Of a DNA stretch of 64,000 nucleotides, positions 49,252 to 57,749 are shown in pieces; within the stretch, counting starts at the first letter, position 1; each line of letters opens with the position of its first letter. The notes beneath the pieces were generated by a model. That model did not search any database. It was given only the letters and a program-made list of their open reading frames with translations, and had not been told where the DNA came from. The DNA is taken from the NCBI GenBank assembly GCA_964012805.1, contig CAXGUD010000002.1, positions 32,001 through 96,000 on the forward strand, given 5' to 3'. The position numbers and the translations under genes are program-made. The DNA comes from an uncultured Bacteriovoracaceae bacterium. Lineage in GTDB: Bacteria; Bdellovibrionota; Bacteriovoracia; Bacteriovoracales; Bacteriovoracaceae.

Positions 49252-49917
49252 ATGAAACCGATTTTAAAAATAAAATTAATTTCAATATTTCTCACCTTTT
49301 GCCTAATTTCTATAATCGTTACAAGGCCTATATTGGCAAACGAAGGTTTTAAGCAACGGTTTTATTGTATCGATGGTAAAAATGGCTATAGAATACTTCT
49401 TTTCGAAAATGATAAACTTGTTGCTTACAACGAGGCCAGTACCATAAAGGAAAATGGTTACTACAAAATAAATGCGGCAAAAATCACTTTAAAAGTTCCA
49501 AAACTCGGTTTTTAAGAGCAATCTATTCAAGAGGAGTGGGGAAAAGAAATCCTTCTAACATTTAGAACAAAAAGTCTTTTTTGCCACTCTACGGCTCATA
49601 ACAAGGGGCCTAGCTTTCTTGCTGAAGCAGTTTGCCCCACTATAAGAGTCATCCCAGGTCTAAGCTACGAAGACAACAGGTTTGAGTTTTATCCGAACCG
49701 TATGGTCAAATGGCGGCAGTGGAAGGAGCTTGTAAAAATATCAGATACACTCTATTCTGAACATTTCGGCATTTATCTTTTAGAGGGAAAAACCTTCACC
49801 CTCTTTTTTGGTGATAAAAAAGAACAGCGGTCCCTTTCAGGCGACATTTTAAAAGGCTATAAAGAAATCCTTATCCATCAACTTGAACCATAGAGAGGTG
49901 CTTGCCAAATAAATTGA
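49252..49917 (+). pseudogene. Secreted beta-rich protein interrupted by in-frame stops
   Basis: ORFs 49252..49515 and 49702..49893 share a frame that is open between them; TAA at 49513; the TAG at 49891 may also be premature. Confidence 0.65.
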
Positions 49918-50008
49918 AGTCCATTGCCCTTGGGTTTAAAATATAAACGCTTAACACAACTATTTATATTAAGCCTTTTTATTTTCAACTTTAGCGCAAG
50001 GTGAGTTA

Positions 50009-51664
50009 ATGAAAAACACTACTGCCCCTAGGTTTTCTTCATTCTTCCTTATTTTGATGATTCTATTCGTAAATTTTGCCCATTCTAAAAACTCGAATTT
50101 TCAAGAGATAAAAACTCTGCAAACTCCTTTTGAGTGGTGGGAACAAGAGAGATTAAAAAGGCAAAAAAGTATAGACCAATACGTAAAAAAGAATAAAGAA
50201 AGTTACGACTGGTTTCAAAGTTTTTCAGTTGGAAATGCTGGTGTTCCCACCATTATGTTTAAGGCCTTTCCGATTGTATTTCCCGATATTTGGGGCAAAG
50301 AATGGGTTGATGAAGTTGGACTTTGGAAAAGACCAAAAAGTGAGAAGCTCAATTATCCCCATGGAGTTACTTGGGGCAAGGTTTTTGAACCCATTTTTAA
50401 AGTGCCTGTTTTAAGTAAGTTAAGAATTATGGTTGTGAACCTCACATGTGCTTCATGCCACTCTGGACGAGTTATTGGACGCAAAGGCAAACCGCAAGTT
50501 CTGATTGGCGCCCCCAACACCACCTTTGACCCCAATATCTGGCAGAAAAAGTTTTTTCAAGTCATTCAAGATAAAAGGTATAATGCAAAAAACTTTAGAA
50601 AAGCCGTTAAAAAAATAAAGCTAGGAACCCTTTACAAAGAAAAGCGCTATAGGGCCCAGGAACTTCTGGATAGGGCCGCTTTCTTAAAAGAAACAGATCT
50701 TATTTTAAAGCTCGTTAAAGAGGGGCTCGTTTTTAGAAAAAGCCGGCTCGACAATATATTGGCCCCCCATTACGGATCTATGGCCCATTACCTTAATGGA
50801 GGCATGCCTGGTTCCCTTGAGGCCTTCTCAACAATGGTGGCCTTGGCCATCCCGGAAAATAGATTAAATGATAAAGCTTTTGTCAAAAGCCACTTTGGCC
50901 CTGGGCCTGCGATGGTAGATAATACCAGTGCCTGGTTACAAGATGACAGAAAACTTGCCCAATGGGATGGCATTTTAAAAAGGCCCCTCTTTAGAAATTT
51001 AGGGGCAGAAGTTGGGCTTGTTGGAGATCCAAAACTTGTTAACTATGAAAATGCCCACTACAACGTCAAATTTCTTTCGAAACTCCCATCGGCACCCTAC
51101 CCCTTTTTGGTAAACTCCGAAAAGGCTAAAAGAGGTGAAGCCATTTACAAGAAGACTTGTCAAAAGTGCCACGGAGTCACAAGGTTTATTCCTCTTAAAA
51201 GAATTAAGACAGACCCCTACAGGGCCCTCAGTTTAACCCCTCAGGCCTTAAAGCTTGTCGCCAAAAATTTAAAAATTGCCTGTAAGGTTGGAAACAAACA
51301 TAACTGCGACCTTCCCCAAGACGAAATTATAAAAGATAGAACTAAAAACCCAGGCTACATAGCCATGCCACTTGATGGAATTTGGGCAAGGGCGCCCTAC
51401 CTTCACAACGGATCTGTCCCAAGCCTTTACCACATGCTTGTCCCAAGTGAAAGGCCAAAAAAGTTTAGGAGAGGAAATATAAACTATGATAAAAAGCTCG
51501 TTGGTTTTGAATGGAGAAAGGGAGGTAGGGCCACTTATAATACAGAACTTAAAAGTTTCTCAAATAGAGGACACGAGGATAAAAAAGTCTTTTTTGGCGG
51601 TATCGATTTTAAAGCTGAAAAAGGGAAAAGAGAAGACCTTTTGGAGTACTTAAAAACCCTCTAA
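50009..51664 (+). CDS. Secreted di-heme cytochrome c, RoxA-like family
   Basis: Signal peptide; CASCH and CQKCH; LDGIWARAPYLHNGSVPSLYHML; N.GH; LLEYLKTL terminus. Confidence 0.85.
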   Translation: MKNTTAPRFSSFFLILMILFVNFAHSKNSNFQEIKTLQTPFEWWEQERLKRQKSIDQYVKKNKESYDWFQSFSVGNAGVPTIMFKAFPIVFPDIWGKEWVDEVGLWKRPKSEKLNYPHGVTWGKVFEPIFKVPVLSKLRIMVVNLTCASCHSGRVIGRKGKPQVLIGAPNTTFDPNIWQKKFFQVIQDKRYNAKNFRKAVKKIKLGTLYKEKRYRAQELLDRAAFLKETDLILKLVKEGLVFRKSRLDNILAPHYGSMAHYLNGGMPGSLEAFSTMVALAIPENRLNDKAFVKSHFGPGPAMVDNTSAWLQDDRKLAQWDGILKRPLFRNLGAEVGLVGDPKLVNYENAHYNVKFLSKLPSAPYPFLVNSEKAKRGEAIYKKTCQKCHGVTRFIPLKRIKTDPYRALSLTPQALKLVAKNLKIACKVGNKHNCDLPQDEIIKDRTKNPGYIAMPLDGIWARAPYLHNGSVPSLYHMLVPSERPKKFRRGNINYDKKLVGFEWRKGGRATYNTELKSFSNRGHEDKKVFFGGIDFKAEKGKREDLLEYLKTL

Positions 51665-51694
51665 AAAAATATTTAGAATTTGAAAAACAGATAG

Positions 51695-52771
51695 TTATGG
51701 CCCAACTCCACTAATTTTTTGGATTTGAACGCTAACCTCTTCTTCACTCTCAAAAAAATCTTTATAAAAATTCTTCACGACAAAGGTTCTTTCACGACTC
51801 TCCTCTGATTTTAAAAGTAATTTATAAGACATCATTTCGCCTAAATATTGAGCTTCTTTAATAACTCCTTTCAATGAGCTTTTCTCTAGCTTCGAACCTT
51901 TATCAACTTTCTTTAAAACAATATCGTGTGGCCTTAATATATATTCCTCTTTTTCCTCTTCTTCGAGGACAAGCTCTTTATCAAGACCTTTAAAATAAAA
52001 GGCTTCTTTTTTCGTCAAAAAATTGGCCTCGCCTAAAAATGATGCGACAAATGAATTTTTTGGGCCATTGTATAGCTCTCTTCCAAGACCTGATTGAACA
52101 AGCTGCCCCTTATTCATAATCAAAAGCCTATCGGCGAAAGAAAACGCCTCCTCCTGATCATGGGTTACGAGGATAACACTTGTCTTATTGGCCTTAAGGA
52201 TTTTCTTCATGTCTTCACGTAAACGAACCCTGAGGTGAGCATCTAAACCACTAAAAGGTTCATCTAGTAAAAGAACATCAGGATTAGGAGCCAAGGCCCT
52301 GGCCAAGGCCACTCTTTGTTGTTCTCCGCCTGAAAGAGTATGAGGGAGTTTTTTTTCAAAACCTGGAAGACCTACTAGGGAAAGAAGAGAAGAAACTCTT
52401 TCCCTTATAAATTTTTTATTTTCTCCATTTCCTTTTTTCTTGCCTTTTTTGGATGAGAGACCAAAAGAAATATTATCAAAGACGTTCATATGAGGAAAAA
52501 GGGCCAAATCTTGGAAAACCATCATAATATTCCTCTTTTCAGGAGGAATATTAAGTCTACCACTAAAGACAAAGTTATTTTCAACGAGGATTTCACCTTT
52601 ATCAGGTCTTTCAAAACCTGTAATCATTCGAAGCAAAGTCGATTTTCCACAGCCTGATGGACCTAAAATAGCAAGGATCTCCTCTTTCTTTAAAGAAAAA
52701 GTTAAATCACTTACAGCTTTATGCTCTCCAAATATCTTTAAAAGGTTTTTACATGATAAAACATGGCTCAA
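51695..52771 (-). CDS. fbpC: Fe(III) ABC transporter ATP-binding protein
   Basis: GPSGCGKS, LSGGEQQRVALAR, LLDEP; operon with permease and binding protein. Confidence 0.85.
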   Translation of the reverse strand: MSHVLSCKNLLKIFGEHKAVSDLTFSLKKEEILAILGPSGCGKSTLLRMITGFERPDKGEILVENNFVFSGRLNIPPEKRNIMMVFQDLALFPHMNVFDNISFGLSSKKGKKKGNGENKKFIRERVSSLLSLVGLPGFEKKLPHTLSGGEQQRVALARALAPNPDVLLLDEPFSGLDAHLRVRLREDMKKILKANKTSVILVTHDQEEAFSFADRLLIMNKGQLVQSGLGRELYNGPKNSFVASFLGEANFLTKKEAFYFKGLDKELVLEEEEKEEYILRPHDIVLKKVDKGSKLEKSSLKGVIKEAQYLGEMMSYKLLLKSEESRERTFVVKNFYKDFFESEEEVSVQIQKISGVGP

Positions 52772-54432
52772 CTTTCTTTCTCCTCTTCTTTTAAATTATT
52801 CCTCTTCCCCCCAAAAGGGTGGCCTAAAATAATTAAGGGTAAAAGGCCTGATAAGACTATCGCGACTCCCCAAGGGGCAGACTCCATTAATCTTTCATCA
52901 CTACTCAATTCATAGAGTCTCGTAGCGAGGGTATTATAATTGAAGGGCCTTAACATTAATGTCGCCGGTAACTCCTTCATTGAATCAACAAAAACTAAAA
53001 TCAAAGATGTGGCCAAAGATCTTTTTAAAAGTGGTCCATGAATTTTAGAAACTCTGTCAAAAACGCCAGCTCCAAGCTGAATAGCAGCTTCATCCATTTT
53101 AGGTGTAATACGTAAAAAGCCAGTTTGAATCGAGCCATAGGATAAAACAAAGAAACGGATCAAGTAGGCCAAAAGAATGGCCGCCACACTACCGCTGAAT
53201 ATAAGACCCGTCCCATTTCCAAAAAGAGAAAGAGCGATAGAGTCTATAAAGTTATCAAATTTAGCTAGGGGGATTAGAACTCCTAAGGCCAAAACAGGTC
53301 CAGGTATCGAGTAACCTAAAGTTGCAAAAGATACCATCCCCTCAACAAGCCTGTTTTTCCCTAAACTTCTTTGGATATAATTAAAAAGAAGAGAAAAGAG
53401 AAGGCAAAGCCCTCCAGCACTTAAGGCCAAAAAGATCGTGTGCCCTAAATCATTTAAAAAGCGCGAAAACTCGATTTGACCGATATGAGAAAAACTCCAA
53501 AAAAGAAGCAGAGAAAAAGGAAAGAGAAAACCAAAAAAAAGTGGAATTAAACATAGAGAAAAAGCGGCAAAACCTTTTAAACCCTTGAGCTCTTTAAGCT
53601 CCATTTGCCTGTGATTACCCTTAAGGGAATAATAACTCTTTTGGCTTCGAGACCATTTCTCTAACGTTATAAAAAGAATCATAAAGCTTAAAAGCATAGA
53701 AGCTAATTGAGCCGCTCCCCCTAAATTATTCATTTGAAGCCAAACACTATAAATCCCTGACGTTAAAGTCGGCACGCCAAAAAAGTGGACAGTACCAAAA
53801 TCAGAGGCAGCTTCCATGAGAACAAGACTGAGGCCCAAAGTTAGAGAAGGTCGGCTAAGGGGAAGAATCACTGAGGTAAAACTACGAATGGGACCTTTAC
53901 CCAAAGACCTAGAAACCTCGAAAAACCTTTGAGATTGCTCCATAAAAGCAGACCGAGTCGTCATAAAGACATAGGGAAAGAGGATAAAGCTTAAAACAAC
54001 TGTAACGCCTCCTAAACTAGCTATTTCAGGAAACCAATATTCACTTGCTGTTTGAAAACCAAACAATTTTCTGATGAGGGATTGAAAAGGGCCACTATAC
54101 TCGAAAAACTGAAGGTAAACCGTTCCAATAACAAAACCAGGTATAGCAAGGGGAAGAATTAAAAATTTTTGAAATAGCTGACGCCCTGGAAATTTAAAAA
54201 AGGAGACTAAAGTTGCCGTGACAAGACCTAAAAAGAATGAACCAATACCAACACCAATCATTAATAAAAAGGTATTTTTAATATAACCTGGTAGAACCGT
54301 TTCCCAAAGGTGCTTAAAAACTGGCTCATCAGGTGAAACGGATAAGAGTAGAGTTGAAAAGAAAGGAAGGGAAAAAAGAGCAGACAAAACGAGAAGGACC
54401 CAGACCCTTTTTAACCTTAGGACCTTTTTCAT
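52768..54432 (-). CDS. fbpB: Fe(III) ABC transporter permease
   Basis: Two permease repeats; DFGTV.FFGV.TLT.GIY; MKELPATLMLRPFN..TLA. Confidence 0.9.
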   Translation of the reverse strand: MKKVLRLKRVWVLLVLSALFSLPFFSTLLLSVSPDEPVFKHLWETVLPGYIKNTFLLMIGVGIGSFFLGLVTATLVSFFKFPGRQLFQKFLILPLAIPGFVIGTVYLQFFEYSGPFQSLIRKLFGFQTASEYWFPEIASLGGVTVVLSFILFPYVFMTTRSAFMEQSQRFFEVSRSLGKGPIRSFTSVILPLSRPSLTLGLSLVLMEAASDFGTVHFFGVPTLTSGIYSVWLQMNNLGGAAQLASMLLSFMILFITLEKWSRSQKSYYSLKGNHRQMELKELKGLKGFAAFSLCLIPLFFGFLFPFSLLLFWSFSHIGQIEFSRFLNDLGHTIFLALSAGGLCLLFSLLFNYIQRSLGKNRLVEGMVSFATLGYSIPGPVLALGVLIPLAKFDNFIDSIALSLFGNGTGLIFSGSVAAILLAYLIRFFVLSYGSIQTGFLRITPKMDEAAIQLGAGVFDRVSKIHGPLLKRSLATSLILVFVDSMKELPATLMLRPFNYNTLATRLYELSSDERLMESAPWGVAIVLSGLLPLIILGHPFGGKRNNLKEEEKES

Positions 54433-54447
54433 CTACAACATTCTCCC

Positions 54448-55512
54448 TTACTCAAAGCCAGCTTTATTTAGAAGTTTAATGGACTTAGACCTAAGCTCAG
54501 ATAATTTTACTAAGGCCTTGAGGTCTCTTTTGAAATATCCATTCGTAATTCCTAGCTGGTTTGCTCCAAAGGATTTTACAATCCCCGATACCGGGACCCC
54601 TTCTTTAAGTGGGTACTCGTGATTAACTTGTCCATACATGTGCTGTGCCAGGCTTCCTGTAAGAAACTCGACAAGCTTTCTCGCCCCTTCTACATTACGA
54701 CTGCTCTTGGTAATTCCAACACCCGTAATGTTTATGTGAGAGCCTGAGGTTTTCTGGTTTGGAAAAAAGATACCTGTCCGACTTGCCCACTCCCTTTGAC
54801 TAGGTTTTTCTAACATTTTTCCCATGTAGTAAGTATTCCCAAGGGATATGTCACAAAGACCTTCACTAATGGCCTTAACTTGACTTCTATCATTTCCTTG
54901 GGGCTTCCTGGCCAGGTTTTCTCTCACCTTTTTTGCCCAATTGAGGGCAAACGCCTCTCCATGATGAAAGACTAAAGAGCTCAGAAGGCTTACATTGTAA
55001 GGGTGTAAACCAGAACGAGAGCATATCCTTCCCTTAAACTTTTTTGACATCAAATCTTCATAGGAGCCTAGGTTTTTTGGATTCACTCTTTTTTTAGAAT
55101 AATAGATTATTCTGGCCCTAGCAGAAAGGCCCACCCAATAACCCTTTGGGTCCCTAAAATCTTTAGGGATATTTTTTTCAACTTTTTTGAGATTAAGCTT
55201 TTGAAGAAGACCTTCTTTGGACAGTAACTCTAAATTGGCTATGTCTGCCGTTAAAACTAGGTCAGCAGGAGAATTTTTCCCCTCAGCTTTGAGCCTTTGG
55301 ATGATTCCCTTCTTCATAGTGACAACATTTACTTTGATCTTACTTGTACTTTCAAACGCTTTTAAAAGAGGTCTTAGTAAAAACTCTTGCCTATAAGAAT
55401 ATAGGTTTACTTCCTTCAAATTTTTAGAGGCATAAGATTTAGTTGAAAATAAGGACAATACAAAAAGGCAGTTCCTAAATAATTTGGCCAATGAAAACAA
55501 TATTAACATCAA
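54448..55512 (-). CDS. fbpA: Fe(III) ABC transporter substrate-binding protein (FbpA/FutA)
   Basis: VNLYSYRQ, EGKNSPAD, PQGNDRSQ, NTYY tandem Tyr iron ligands. Confidence 0.9.
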   Translation of the reverse strand: MMLILFSLAKLFRNCLFVLSLFSTKSYASKNLKEVNLYSYRQEFLLRPLLKAFESTSKIKVNVVTMKKGIIQRLKAEGKNSPADLVLTADIANLELLSKEGLLQKLNLKKVEKNIPKDFRDPKGYWVGLSARARIIYYSKKRVNPKNLGSYEDLMSKKFKGRICSRSGLHPYNVSLLSSLVFHHGEAFALNWAKKVRENLARKPQGNDRSQVKAISEGLCDISLGNTYYMGKMLEKPSQREWASRTGIFFPNQKTSGSHINITGVGITKSSRNVEGARKLVEFLTGSLAQHMYGQVNHEYPLKEGVPVSGIVKSFGANQLGITNGYFKRDLKALVKLSELRSKSIKLLNKAGFE

Positions 55513-55603
55513 AAACAGTCCCTAGAGACCAGCTGTCTCTATCTCCTTATTAGTAAAGAAAATTTAATTGTGAAAAGAACCTAGATTTTCTTTTTTATTT
55601 ATT

Positions 55604-56098
55604 TTATTTAAGCTCTTCAACGTGGTTAATAACTTCTTTTAGCTCTTCTTCCATAGATTCTCGGTTAGACGCATTATCTTCCAAACGAGATAAAATAACA
55701 ACTGTTGCGGGGTGAACCACAAGCTCTTTCGCAGTTATACAAAGGTCCTTATCTGTTTCAGGAAGAGCCGCTCCTTCATGGTATTGCCCTTCGATTTCTT
55801 CAAGTTTTAGTGTCAGCATTTTGGCTTGAGCCTCTAAGACTTTCTCTAAATAGGCCTTACAGCTTTTATCCTTTTCTTGATAACCGGAAATAACAAGACC
55901 ACCTAACTTAAGTAGTTCATTACTCATAGTCCTAATTTGTCCAAACGACTTTTTCCCTTTAATATTTATAACAAGCTCATTTGCCTTTGCCTTGTAGAGG
56001 CTTATATTTTTATTTAAGTCTTTTTTATCACTTGAAAACATAGCGCAAGAGGAAATCAAGACAAGAATTAGCACTAGTAGAGAAAAAGAAGGTCTCAT
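55604..56098 (-). CDS. Hypothetical helical lipoprotein, possibly metal-binding
   Basis: Start moved to ATG 56098 (AAGGA SD); lipobox ISSC; YHEG, C...KELVVHPATV, EVINH. Confidence 0.75.
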   Translation of the reverse strand: MRPSFSLLVLILVLISSCAMFSSDKKDLNKNISLYKAKANELVINIKGKKSFGQIRTMSNELLKLGGLVISGYQEKDKSCKAYLEKVLEAQAKMLTLKLEEIEGQYHEGAALPETDKDLCITAKELVVHPATVVILSRLEDNASNRESMEEELKEVINHVEELK

Positions 56099-56215
56099 TT
56101 TAATATCCTTAGTTAAGATAAATAGGGAAAGGATGACGCGCAGCAAATCCCCATAAAAGTTTCCAAAATGTCCCACGACACAACTTTTTTGTCAAAGAGT
56201 TTTTTGAAGTTCTGA

Positions 56216-56247
56216 AAACTTTTGTTTACCTAAGCAAACAAAAGTTT
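56216..56247 (-). terminator. 12-bp perfect inverted repeat just downstream of bfr (terminator-like)
   Basis: AAACTTTTGTTT-N8-AAACAAAAGTTT, 17 nt beyond the bfr stop. Confidence 0.55.
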
Positions 56248-56264
56248 GTCAAAACACAACTTAA

Positions 56265-56732
56265 CTATTCCATATGACTTTGGATATAGTTTTCAATACC
56301 CATCTGTTGAATTAAATGGAGCTGACTTTCCAACCAGTCGATATGCTCTTCTTCACTTTTAAGAATACTTACAAATAAATCCCTTGAGACATAATCCTGG
56401 AGCTCTTCAGCTTTAGCAGCAAACTTTTTAAGATCATTAAAATTTATATGCTCACATTTAAGGTCTGCTTCAAGGACTTCCTTAACTGAAAGACCTACTT
56501 GAATGCGACCAATTTTTTGAACATTGGGAACCCCCTCTAAAAAAAGGATTCTTTTAATAACTTCATCAGCATGGCTCATTTCATCCATAGAAGCATCATA
56601 TTCTAGTTTTCCTAGCTTCTTGACGCCCCAACTTTCAAGCATTCTTGAGTGAACAATAAATTGATTACCAGCTGTAATTTCATTACAAAGCAGTTGATTT
56701 AAACAGTCTAAAATTTCCGGGTGACCTTTCAT
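56265..56732 (-). CDS. bfr: Bacterioferritin
   Basis: MKG start; E18; DEMSH (E51, heme ligand M52, H54); E94; EEEHIDWLE. Confidence 0.95.
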   Translation of the reverse strand: MKGHPEILDCLNQLLCNEITAGNQFIVHSRMLESWGVKKLGKLEYDASMDEMSHADEVIKRILFLEGVPNVQKIGRIQVGLSVKEVLEADLKCEHINFNDLKKFAAKAEELQDYVSRDLFVSILKSEEEHIDWLESQLHLIQQMGIENYIQSHME

Positions 56733-56895
56733 AATAACCTCTCCTTACAAAAATAATGTCGTTCTTCTTTTAATAAAATTAGGAGAAATTATCAAAGGTC
56801 TTTTTTAGATACCTTTCATTCATAAAATCAACAAAAGTTAGAGGATTATTTTAAAGTTTGGGCCGGTCAACAATTCGCTTTTTGGAAAATTTTTT

Positions 56896-57009
56896 TGGTT
56901 AAGACCATAGGGAGTATACCGGTTTTTCAGACCTCGGGATTCCTTTTAACGGCTGGACATCCACAATAGGCCTAAATACAGGTCAGACCCCCTATGGACT
57001 TAATAACCA
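56896..57009 (-). ncRNA. Candidate structured RNA (long imperfect hairpin), family unknown
   Basis: CCATAGGG (56905-12) pairs with CCCTATGG (56990-97); pairing extends outward and inward; A.C mismatches on + read as G.U on -. Confidence 0.4.
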
Positions 57010-57198
57010 GGAGATCTTTGTGCAAAGGCTGCCTAGGAAAATTGTCTCTCGTCTTAGAAAAAAAATCTACCCTGAAAGTTTCTCCTTCATGAAAATTTTA
57101 CAATTCTAGGATCACACTTTAAATAAATAGGAGACAGCAGACTAAAACCGACACCTGACGCACAACACCACAAAAGAAAAAAAATTAAGGAATAGTAA

Positions 57199-57696
57199 AT
57201 GAACACAGAAAAAAACGATTACCCACTTCTTTTAAAACAAATTGACTCCTTAATCGATGTAAAAACTGGATTTCTTCCAAACTTAGGAAACATCCTTGCC
57301 ATTATCAAGGAAAGTCTTCCTCTCTTGTGGGTGGGAACGTACATTGTTAAAAACGACAATTTGATCTTAGGCCCCTTTCAAGGTCCTCCGGCCTGCACAC
57401 TCATTCCTAAAGGTAAGGGGGTTTGCGGTCAAAGCTGGGAAAAAGAAAAGCCTTTTCTTGTTCCTGATGTCCACAAATTTGAAGGTCATATAGCCTGTAG
57501 CCCGGACTCTAAATCTGAAATTGTTATTCCTCTGTGGGACCAAAATAAAAAAATCTTTATGGTCTTAGATATAGATAGCGATAAATTAAATGGCCTATCC
57601 ACAGAAGACCTCGTTTTTTTTCAAGAGGTCTCTCTTAAAATAGAGAAAATTTACCGCAAAAGTCCTGAGGTACTAAAGACCGCCTACTTCGGGTAA
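57199..57696 (+). CDS. msrC: GAF-domain free methionine-(R)-sulfoxide reductase
   Basis: WVGTY, LGPFQGPPAC..I..GKGVCG, HIAC...SKSEIVIP, LDIDS. Confidence 0.88.
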   Translation: MNTEKNDYPLLLKQIDSLIDVKTGFLPNLGNILAIIKESLPLLWVGTYIVKNDNLILGPFQGPPACTLIPKGKGVCGQSWEKEKPFLVPDVHKFEGHIACSPDSKSEIVIPLWDQNKKIFMVLDIDSDKLNGLSTEDLVFFQEVSLKIEKIYRKSPEVLKTAYFG

Positions 57697-57749
57697 AATT
57701 AAATTGTTGCATAATAAAAAATTTTGATTTCGAAGGTAATAAACTTAAA

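Noticed and set aside
49513..49515. Stop-codon reassignment or programmed readthrough
   Set aside because: TAA and TAG terminate many intact genes in the window; nonsense mutation or assembly error is simpler.
56860..57060. Calling the hairpin 6S RNA, SRP RNA or tRNA
   Set aside because: No SRP domain IV motif, no cloverleaf, no convincing 6S central bubble or usual ssrS neighbours; left unassigned.
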